From positions 9,920,001 to 9,984,000 of the forward strand of contig OZ024744.1 in the NCBI GenBank assembly GCA_964016885.1: a stretch of 64,000 nucleotides of DNA, read 5' to 3'. The notes below the pieces were generated by a model. The model ran no database searches, had not been told where the DNA came from, and saw nothing but the letters and a program-made list of their open reading frames with translations. This document shows, one piece after another, positions 41,135 to 52,162 of this stretch (its first letter is position 1; the number at the start of each line of letters is the position of its first letter). The position numbers were made by a program, and so were the translations under genes. The stretch is from Eledone cirrhosa. Its lineage: Eukaryota.

Positions 41135-41481
41135 GGAGGCACATGGCTTAGTGGTTAGAACATTGGCCTTGCAATCGAAAGGTTGTGAGTTCAATTCTCA
41201 GACCGGGTGATGTGTTGTCTCCTTGAGCAAGACACTTTATTTCACATTGCTCCAGTTTACTCAGCTGTAGAAATGAGATGATAGGGACTGGGGTCCCTAT
41301 CATTCCACTGCAAAGTGGTCGTGGAGGTGCCACGGCAAAAAAGCACCCAGCACTCACTGTAAATGAGGTTGGTGTTAGGAAGGGCATCCCGCTGTAGAAA
41401 TCAAGCCAGAATCAGTTCCCGTCCCACCCTTGCAAGCAGGGAAAAGCGGACATAAAATAAAATGAAAATGATGAAATGATG
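41135..41481 (+). mobile_element. tRNA-derived CORE-like SINE (same family as 2045) with a different RTE tail
   Basis: Near-identical to 2045-2328, then gtcccacccttgcaagcagggaaaagcggac as in the RTEs at 3310-3350 (-) and 10215-10260. Confidence 0.85.
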
Positions 41482-41639
41482 TATATATATATATGTATAT
41501 GTATATATATGTATACGTATATATGTGTATATATATATATGTGTATATATATATATGTGTATATATATATATATGTGTATATATATATATGTATATATAT
41601 ATATGTTTATATATATGTATATATATATATATGTATATA

Positions 41640-42632
41640 CGATATTAAACAAATGGAAACTATATCTATAAAATCATATTTATTTCATTATACATATTTC
41701 AGGGATACCATATTAAAAATATGGCAGGCCTTCGTCAGATAAAATACAATATATAAACAGTTTTATAAATAATTTTGACGTACCCTATTATAAGCGACCA
41801 TTATATTTGGAAGCTGTCTGGATAGTGATTTGTTTATAATTATTTAGTTATAGTGTTAAGCACAGTTAGAAAAAACGGAGAGAAAGAAAAAACGGAGGCA
41901 AAGAAAAAACAGAGAGAAAGGGGAGAGGAAAAGAAGAAGATATATATAAATAGATAGGAGGAAGTGAAAAAGAAACAAGAAAAAATAAGAAAGGTAAACG
42001 AAAGCAACAGAGAGATAATAATTCACCATACAGATAGAGAAACTCAAGAGAGAGGAAGTACTATATAGAGAGAGAAGGATAATAATTATTTAGTTATAGT
42101 GTTAAGCACAGTTAGAAAAAAGATGGAGAGTAAAAAACGGAGAGAGAGAGGGGAGAGGAAAAGAAGGAGAGAGAGAGAATATAAATAGATAGGAGGAAGT
42201 GAAAAAGAAACAAGAAAGAAATAAGAGAGGCAAATGAAAGCAACAGAGAGATAATAATTCATCATACATATAGAGAAACTCAAGAGAGAGGAAGTACTAT
42301 ATAGAGAGAGAAGGATACAGTTACATCTTTACGTCATGTCATATCAAGTTGAATTATCAATTCATATGAAATGGATAATAAAAATGCAAATATCAATATT
42401 CATGAATGAGACAGATATATAATATGAGAAAATAACATTGTTCAATAATGACCATATGTTTAGTTTAAAACTCTGAGGTCAATATACCAAAATCTGAGTT
42501 AAAACCTTCAAAAAATTTACCCTATTTATAGGGTAAATTAATATCGTATATCTACTCCAAAATCTTGTCGAGTGCTTTATATCAGTTATAAAATATTTAC
42601 TTGTTGTAACCCAACAATTTTAAATAAAACTT
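41640..42632. mobile_element. Penelope-like terminal remnant: inverted hammerhead arm, ~245-bp purine-rich tandem duplication and tail
   Basis: Hammerhead on minus at 41681-41746; duplication ~41836-42080 / 42082-42318; tail tactcc..gtcGAGTGCT at ~42553-42576. Confidence 0.6.
41681..41746 (-). ncRNA. Minimal hammerhead ribozyme motif
   Basis: Minus strand reads tattttat CTGACGA aggcctgccatatt..aatatggtatccct GAAA tatgta TA atgaaata. Confidence 0.65.
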
Positions 42633-42659
42633 TTGCATATATATATATATGTATATAAA

Positions 42660-45600
42660 GGGATTGTCCCTTTACCCATCTCCCGGGGACCCGTCGGACA
42701 AATGAAAATAAAATTAAAAATAAAAGCAAAAACAAAAACCATAACCTACATAAAAATAACCACTACCACAGTCACCAACAGTCTCCTAAACAGGAAACTT
42801 CTTCCTCTTTTTTAGCCATAATGAATCTGGCAAAAGAACTGGAAAAAAACATTCGAGCTATCACCCAGCACCACCCTCCACTATCACCCCACTGCACAAA
42901 CTCCCATTCCTGCCATTAACAAACAAACAAATTAACAACACACCAAAACAATTAAAACCATCCACTCTCGCCTCAACATTTTTGCTTAACGTCCAAGGCA
43001 TCAGCCCTTCCACCAATACTCAAAAATGGAAGATCAAATTCCTGGAGGACTGGGTTGATGTCCATCCAAACCACATCCCTTTCTTTGTCCTCACTGAAAC
43101 CCATCTCAGTAACCTCCACTTGGAAGCCGAGGTGAAAGTGAACAATTTCAAAGCCATCCGTGCTGATCGCGCTGGCAGAAGAAAGGGTGGGACTGCCATT
43201 TATGTCCATAATTCTTTCTCAACAGAGGCTATGAACATATTCACTAATGGATACTGCAAAGCAGTCACTGTATTCAGTCAAACCAACAACCTAATAGTAG
43301 TTGGGCTCTATAGGCCATCCCAAATGCCTGTACCATGCTTCAAGGAATGCCTCAACAGCATAAAGTGTTTCATCCAAGAGTGTCACCCTGACAACATCTT
43401 AATGATGGGGGACTTCAACCTCCCCGGAGTTGACTGGTCCACAAACAGCCTGCCACCAGGTTCTTCTGCCTCAACCTCTGACAGGGAAGCAGTGGAATCG
43501 CTTCTTGACTTCATGGATGATTTCTTCCTGTCCCAACTGGTGCTCGAACCAACGAGGTGCCACAAAAATGTCCTAGACTTAATTTTCAGCAATCACACTG
43601 ACAATATCCACAATATTGCAGTGGAGAAAACTCTACTCTCTGATCATGACATGGTTCTCTGTGATCTGAGATTCCACCGTCCAATATACAAACCCAATGT
43701 CATCTCTCCTGTCCATCCGTTTGACGCACAATGCAAACTGGGAAGCGATCAGTCATGATCTTGCACATGTCGACTGGTCCTTCACGCACACTCATACACC
43801 CACTAACATCAAAAAGTCCTGGCAGACATTTGTGGACACTGTTACAAACATATGTGCAAAACACACCCCATTAAGAACTATAAACAAATCTAAGAGCAGA
43901 ATCCCTAGAAATAGAAAAATGCTCATCAGGAAAATTAAGAGAACGAACAAAAAAATCAACAAGCTGAAATACTGTCAGCAGCAACACATCAACTTGACTG
44001 CCATTTCATCACTAGAGATTAAAAAACATAACCTCCAAAACAACATGATGTCTATCATCAACAATCAGAGAAGAGCTGAAGAGGCCTGGGCCATTGAGAA
44101 GATCAAACTCAATCCCAAAGTGTTCTTTTCATTTGCAAAAAAACACAAAATCACTGGCTCTACTGTTGGCCCTCTAATTGATGAAAATGGCACTCTTCAA
44201 GACAATGCTAAAACCATGGGTGAGATACTGCAGAAACAATACTGCTCTGTTTTTAGCAATCCTGATATGGCCGATCTGGGCTGTATCGGCGATGTTACTC
44301 CCCATTACACCTTATCGGACATAACGTTTGGCGCCCCTGATGTCTTAGCGGCAATAAAGGAAATCAAGCATAATTCAGCAGTAGGTCCCGATAGGTTCCC
44401 TGCTTGTGTCTTGAAGGCGTGTCAACACCAACTTGCATCTCCTCTTGCCAATCTGTGGCGGAACTCACTGGATGCTGGATATGTGCCAGAAAACCTTCTA
44501 TCCCAGTCTGTTGTCCCATTTTTCAAAAAAGGAAACAAATCCCTTGCCGTGAATTACCGTCCAATCTCACTCACCTCTCATATCATTAAGGTATTTGAGA
44601 GAGTGGTGAGATCGCGAATGACTCACTTCCTTGAGAGTAACAATATGCTGAACTCCAACCAGCATGGATTCCGTAATGGAAGGGATTGCCTGACGCAGCT
44701 ACTGCATCACTTTGATGACATTTTGAGAGCCTTGGGAGAGGGTTCCAACACTGATGTTATCTATCTTGATTTCAGCAAGGCCTTTGACAGGGTTGATCAC
44801 AACATTCTACTGAGAAAGCTGTCCAATATTGGTGTCACTGGAAAGCTGCTGCAGTGGATCAAGAGCTTCCTGTCAAACAGAACCCAACATGTTGTAGTTG
44901 AAGGAGTCAAATCCAGCCCAGCCAAAGTCAGTAGTGGGGTCCCACAAGGCACTGTGTTGGGCCCACTTCTCTTCATCATCTATATTAATGACATCACTGA
45001 CATCATCAAACACAGCAACATTAACATTTTCGCTGATGATTCCAAGCTCCAAAAGGTCATCAATGGCGTGGATGACCGGATAAGCCTTCAGTCAGACCTA
45101 CTGGCTGTTACCCAATGGGCGGAAAAGAACAACATGTTACTGAACGAAGACAAATTCGAATTGATCCACTTTGGAAAAGAGGATGCTCTGAAACTCCCGT
45201 ACTCCCTTCCCTCCGGTGAAACTCTCGTGGCATCTAACAACATCAGAGACTTGGGAGTTACCGTGGACAGCAACATAAGCTGGGCCACGCATATAAGCAG
45301 CAAAGTTGACATGGCCCGCAGAATGTGTTCCTGGATCCTCAGAACCTTCCAGTCGAGAGATTCCCACACCATTATCCTTCTCTTCTCTACTTTTGCTCGA
45401 CCACACCTTGAATACTGTTGTCCACTGTGGTCTCCCCACATGAAACAAAGTATCATGAAACTTGAAGCTCCCCAAAGGGCAATCACGAAAAAGATAGATG
45501 GCATGTCAGACCTTGACTACTGGGGTCGACTAGAAAAGCTGAAACTTTACTCACTCCAACGTCGCCGTGAGCGTTATATTATCTGCATGATGTGGAAAAT

Positions 45601-46001
45601 GTTTCATCATCACTGCCCAAATGATGTTGGCATCCCCTTCAAAATACACCCAAGGCTTGGGCCCCGTGCTATCCATCCCAAACAAAAATCTAAATCGCAA
45701 CTCATAACAACAATACGGCACAATTATTTCACCTCAATCGGCCCTGCTCTCTTCAACATCACACCAGACACGTCAAAACAGAAACTGACCACACAAAATT
45801 CAAGAAGTCTTTGGACAAATTCCTCCAAGTAATCCCGGACAAGCCACCCACACCCGGATATGTCTCTGCAAACAGTAATTCTCTTCTCGAATGGGCCATG
45901 GTGCCCAAATCCTGAATTGAAAGACTTCGCCAGGTGGTGCTATTAAGTTAGACATGGCCTGGGTCAATACTGGCCAAAACATTTCAAAGTTATTTCAAAG
46001 T

Positions 46002-46002
<1 letters not shown>
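42660..46002 (+). mobile_element. CR1-group LINE with near-intact ORF2 (APE endonuclease plus RT), frameshifted near 43725 and near the 3' end
   Basis: LTETHL, GGTAIY, MGDFN, LDLIF, SDH; NYRPISL, QHGFR, YLDFSKAFD, SGVPQGTVLGP, FADD, RDLGV, RPHLEY; tail (ATTTCAAAGTT)x2; flanked by TA repeats. Confidence 0.9.
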
Positions 46003-46050
<48 letters not shown>

Positions 46051-46097
46051 GTATATGTATATATATATATGTATATATATATATATGTATATATATG

Positions 46098-46128
<31 letters not shown>

Positions 46129-46165
46129 GTATATATATGTGTATATATATGTATATATATGTGTA

Positions 46166-46196
<31 letters not shown>

Positions 46197-46209
46197 ATAT
46201 ATATGTATA

Positions 46210-46284
<75 letters not shown>

Positions 46285-46409
46285 GTATATATATATGTAT
46301 ATATATATATATGTATATATATATATGTATATATATATGTATGTATATAGATATGTATATATATATATATATATATGCATATATATATGTATATATATGT
46401 ATATATATG

Positions 46410-46442
<33 letters not shown>

Positions 46443-46542
46443 GTATATATATATGTATATATATATATATGTATATATATATGTATATATATATATATGT
46501 ATATATATATGTATATATATATATATGTATATGTATATATAT
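46003..46542. repeat. (TA)n/(TATG) microsatellite
   Basis: Seen directly. Confidence 0.97.
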
Positions 46543-49473
46543 GTACTAGAAATGAGGAAGGCTCCAGAATCCTGGAATTCTGTGATGCAAATAACCTAAC
46601 TATCTGTAACACTAACTTCAAAAAACGTGACAATCACCTGATCACCTATAGATCCGGGGAACACACAAGCCAGGTAGATTATATCCTTACCAGAAGACGT
46701 GACAGAGTGTCTGTTGTAAACACTAAATCCCTCCCCCATGAAGAATGCACCTCCCAACATAGACTGATAATTAGCGACCTCATAGTCAGGACGAGACGTA
46801 CTCGACAGCAGAAGAGGACTATCCTCAGGAGAAAAATATGGAAGCTAAAGGACCCCACAGCCAGGAATAAATTTCAAAGCATATTACTTGATGCTTTCGA
46901 CAGTAAGGAAGAACATTTAGAGTCGGACAATATAGAGGGAGAGTGGGAATTTCTGAAAGCAAACCTGCTGTTGGCAACAGACGAAGTCTGTGGCTGGAGC
47001 AGGCCTGTAGGCAGGAGGAGAGTAACATGGTGGTGGAACAGTAAGGTGGAGGGGTCAATTAAGGCCAAAAAGCAGGCTTGGAAAGTATGGCGGGATGGGG
47101 GAAGTAGAGAAGACTATCAAGTGGCCAGGAGGGAAGCTAGGAGACAAGTGTACTTAGCAAGAAGGGAAGCTGAGGAAAGAAAGTTCAAGCATGTTCTACA
47201 ACGCGATGACCAAAAACGTGAGGTGTTCAGTATTGCTAGGCAATGCGTCAAGGAAAACCGTGATATTGTCGGGGAGAAGTGTGTACTAAACGACGATGGC
47301 ACACTTGCCATCACCGACGCTGATAAGAAGGTAGCTTGGAAGTGTCACTATGAAAGGCTACTAAATGAGGAGAATAAATGGGAGAAAGACAGTCTCCCCC
47401 ATATCGACCCAATAGAGGGACCAGCAGTGTTAGTCGAGGGGAGTATAATAAGTAAGGCAATCAAGGATATGAAGACGGGTAAGGCGGCTGGGCCTTCGGA
47501 AATAGTTGCTGAGATGCTGAAGGCATCTGGCACGGTGGGACACACCATGGTCACCCGCATAGTTAACCAAGTCGTACAGAATGGGGTTGTTCCGAAGGAC
47601 TGGCATAGCAGCATCATCATTAACTGTTATAAGGGTAAAGGAGACGCCCTAGATAGTAACTATAGAGGCATTAAATTAATCGACCAGGTCATGAAGGTCA
47701 CGGAAAAAGTAATAGCGCAACTAATCAGAGAGAGAATTGACCTAGATGAAATGCAGTTCGGGTTTGTGTCAGGCAAAAGTACCACAGACGCTCTTTTCAT
47801 AGTACGACAACTACAGGAGAAGTACCTAGCTAAAGGTAAACCCCTCTACTTAGCTTTTGTCGACTTGGAGAAAGCCTTCGACAGAGTCCCCCGCTCCATT
47901 ATCTGGTGGGCTCTTAGATAACTAGGCGTTGACGAATGGCTTGTGAGGGCTATACAAGCCAAGTATAAAGAAACAGTCAGCAAGGTTAGAATTAACAACG
48001 AATATAGTGAAGAGTTTAGCGTAAAAGTTGGCGTCCATCAGGGCTCTGTTCTCAGCCCACTACTATTTATTATTGCCCTTCAGGCTATAACAGAGGAGTT
48101 CAAGACAGGCTGCCCATGGGAACTCCTATACGCAGACGACCTGACACTCATAGCAGAATCAATGGCCGAGCTAGAGAAGAAATTCCAAACATGGAAGTAC
48201 GGCTTAGAGTCAAAAGGACTTAAAATTAACCTGGCTAAGACCAAAGTACTAGTTTGTAGGAAAGAAAACAAGGCGGCGGTCCCTTCTGGGAAATGGTCGT
48301 GCTCGGTGTGTAGGAAAGGCGTAGGTAGAAACTCCATTTTATGTCCTAAATGCAAAGTATGGGTGCATAAAAGATGTAGTGGGATCACAGGTAAGCTAAC
48401 TAAGAACATAGATTTTACATGTGGCCGGTGCTCTGGTGCAATAAGTAGCAGCAAGTGCCCACAAAATACTAGCTCTTTCAATTGCGCAGAGGGTTCTATA
48501 GAAATAGTGGACAGCTTCCGTTACCTGGGCGATAAAATCATCAGTGGGGGAGGGTGCTCTGAAAGTACTGTAGCTAGAGTCAGAACTGGTTGGAAAAAGT
48601 TCAGAGAGCTTATACCACTATTAGCTGCTAAAGGGTTCTCCCTAAAAATGAAAGGTGTACGATGCCTGCATACGAACAGCAATGCTGCATGGCAGTGAGA
48701 CCTGGGCATTGTGTGCAGAGGATATACGCAGACTAGAGAGGAACGAAGCTTGCATGCTCCGCTGGATGTGTAACAGTAATATACGTGAACGGCAAAGCAT
48801 AAACGAACTAAGGAAAAAATTAGAGATAAGAGGGATCAGATGTTGTTTACTCGAGAGAAGGCTACGTTGGTATGGACACGTGATGCGCATGAAAGTCAAT
48901 AGCTGTATAACAAAGTGCAGGGCAATAAAGATAGACGGTAGTCACGGAATAGGCAGACCTAGAAAAACCTGGGACGAGCTGATAAACTCCGACATCATAC
49001 ACTTACACCTCTCCAAGACAATGTCACTGGACCGAGACCTTTGGCGATACTCAGTAACAGAGAAGACCCGCCTAACCCCAACCACATTTACAGTGTGGGA
49101 CTGGGAGGTTTTTACCGTGTTGCCTACACGGCCACATTACAGCGTGGACTGTGTGTTTTTTTTTCGTGACACCTACACGATCTCATTTGTTTCGGCCTGG
49201 ATGTTGTGGCACCAACATAACTTTACATTGAAAGGGGCGGTGTGGATGGGGTGGGGGTGGTGGGACGGGGGTGTATTTTGTTAGAGATGCCTACTGACTG
49301 TAGTAGGTTTTATTTTGTATTTAGGTAAGGCGGGTCTTCTCTATTACTGAGTACCGCCAAAGGTCTCGGTCCAGTGACATTGTCTTGGAGAGGTGTAAGT
49401 GTGTGAGGTCGGAATTTATCAGCTCGTCCCAGGTTTTTCTGGGTCTGCCTACTCCATGGCTACCGTCTTTATT
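46543..49473 (+). mobile_element. 5'-truncated RTE LINE (EN C-terminus, RT, PHD-like finger) with an inverted 3' segment at 49073-49473
   Basis: [42 protein letters not shown]; 49328-49473 is the reverse complement of ~48925-49072. Confidence 0.92.
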
Positions 49474-50030
49474 AATAAATAATGTAAAAACAAGCTAAAA
49501 TTCGTTGTCGATATTCCTATCGTATCTTTCTACCAAACCTGGTTCCTCGTGGCAACAACACAACAACTCTCTAAATATTCTTCTCTGCTAAATTCGAATT
49601 TATACCTAAACCAAATTGGTGACAATATATCTACACCAAATTTGTGACCCTCGGCGATTAAGTATGAAAACGCAGCCTATTTGAATTCGCCAGTCGTTTT
49701 AACGGAAATGTGGAGTGGCTTAACATTTGGAATATTCGAATCGGGTTTCTAGACTCGCTTAGCGTAAGTCCATAAAATTCATAATATTCCATTTGTTGAA
49801 GCACGCGACCTACACAATATTTCTGTTATAACTTTCATGTTAACACAAGTAACTCACGCATACAGACGAACACAAAAATACTACACAAAAAGAAATAGTT
49901 TTTTCGACGTCTAACAAAAAATTTCTCTTTTGGATTGAAAATTATTATTGCGAGCATAGTTTGATAAAAACAAAAAAAAAAAAAGAATTTCTCTGGATAT
50001 AGAATTTTGCTCGGCTTATTCAGTTTTTCC

Positions 50031-50798
50031 ATGGCACAGAAATGGAGTATTTCCATTTCGAATCAATACCTTTCACTAAAATCGGGCAATTGGACTGATC
50101 AAATTCACATTCATGCCAGTTTTTACAAATCCAAAAAACGAAATTATCCTATTTCCAATCAGAAATATAGAACGCGCGCGTTAATCTTATCATTACTCAT
50201 AATCGGTTGTGTTGAATTAAATCCTGGACCTGAATTTGAATTCAATGAGACTGACAAAGATCAAAACATTGATAAAGAGAATGAAAAACGGAGAAAAACT
50301 GCAATTAGGAATAGGGAGTACAGACAACGGAAAGCTGCAGAAATAAGAGAAAAAAGACAATCAGACGAAGCAAAATTTAAAAATAAGGCATGGCAAAAAG
50401 CATATAGACTGAGAAGAGGCGATGAGGGCAAAAGTCAGGAGGCATCGTATCAAAACGTGCGCAGACTGAGGGCAGGTGATGAGGGCAAAAATCAGCATGC
50501 ATTGAATCAAAAAGAGCACAGAGTGAGAGCAGGCGATGAGGGCAAAAGTCAACAGGCATTGTATCAAAAAGCACACAGATTGAGAACAGGAGAAGAAGGA
50601 AAAGAAAAAGATGCCAGATATTTTTCACATTATTATTTTACAAATGCACGGTTGATACAACAAAAACACAAATTTTTGTACAGAAAAAACCGAATTCAAC
50701 AATTTAAAGACATTCGCATGCAAAGGGAAATCATGTTACACAAATTCACAAAATCATATTTGGCTTCGAAAAAAGAAAAACCAAAAAATCGGGCATAG
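50031..50798 (+). pseudogene. N-terminal ORF segment with 2A-like motif and 19-aa basic repeats
   Basis: ALILSLLIIGCVELNPGP (motif at 50205-50231); RLRAGDEGK repeats (57 bp). Confidence 0.65.
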
Positions 50799-51099
50799 TA
50801 TAGGGAGAAATTCAAGCAGGGCCTTGAAAAAGTTTCTAAAATCTACAGAGAAGCACAGGGAATTCGAAATTTCATATTTAATGAATTGAAAAAAACAATG
50901 GCTTCAGTTTATGCACACATCAAATTAGCTAAGAAGGAGGGGTTGACTGCATACTGGGGGGAAATATTTTACCATACTTTCACAAATGAACACTTTCTAT
51001 TCCTAAAAAGTACAGTTGATTTTTTTTCCTCTAACACAACTTGAAAACCACAAATTTCTGACTGATGACTGTCCAACAAATGAATGCAGGTGTAAAGAT

Positions 51100-52045
51100 G
51101 GTGATGAGCCAAGTGAGGGAGGTGAGCAAAGTGAGAAAGGTGCACAAGGAGAGGGAGGTGAGCAAAGTGAGAAAGGTGCACAAAGAGGGGGAGATGAGGG
51201 AGGTGCACAAAGAGGGGGAGATGAGGGAGGTGCACAAAGAGGGGGAGATGAGCCAAGTGAGACAGGTGCACAAGGAGAGGGAGGTGAGCCAAGTGAGACA
51301 GGTGCACAAAGAGGGGGAGATGAGCCAAGTGAGACAGGTGCACAAAGAGGGGGAGATGAGCCAAGTGAGGAAAGTGCACAAGGAGAGGGAGGTGAGCCAA
51401 GTGAGGAAGGTGCACAAGGAGAGGGAGGTGAGCAAAGTGAGGAAGGTGCACAAGGAGAGGGAGGTGAGAAATGTGCACAAAGAGGGGGAGATGAGCCAAG
51501 TGAGAAATGTGCACAAAGAGGGGGAGGTGAGCAAAGTGAGAAATGTGCACAAAGAGGGGGAGATGAGCCAAGTGAGAAATGTGCACAAAGAGGGGGAGAT
51601 GAGCCAAGTGAGGAAGGCAAGCAAAGAGGGGGAGATGAGCCAAGTGAGGGAGGTGCACAAAGAGGGGGGGATGAGACAGGTGCACAAAGAGGGGGAGATG
51701 AGCCAAGTGAGACAGGTGCACAAAGAGGGGGAGGTGAGACAGGTGCACAAAGAGGGGGAGATGAGCCAAGTGAGACAGGTGCACAAAGAGGGGGAGATGA
51801 GCCAAGTGAGGAAGGTGCACAAGGAGAGGGAGGTGAGCCAAGTGAGAAATGTGCACAAAGAGGGGGAGATGAGCCAAGTGAGGAAGGCAAGCAAAGAGGG
51901 GGAGATGAGCCAAGTGAGGGAGGTGCACAAAGAGGGGGGGATGAGCCAAGTGAGAAATGTCCACAAAGAGGGGTAGATGAGCCAACTGATGGAGGTGAGC
52001 AAAGTGAGACAGGTGCACAAAAAGAGGGGGGTGAGCAAAGTGACC
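51100..52045 (+). repeat. Frame-preserving 33/24-bp purine-rich tandem array (GAQRGGDEPSE)
   Basis: About 30 units inside ORF 51016-52158; unit lengths are multiples of 3. Confidence 0.9.
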
Positions 52046-52162
52046 AGGAAGATTTTGATGGCAGAAAATGTACAGAACTTCTGACTTTGGCTAGATTGTG
52101 CAAATTTGGTCCCCCCATCAACTTGCCCAGATCCCACTGCATGACTAAAGCTAGCTAAACGA

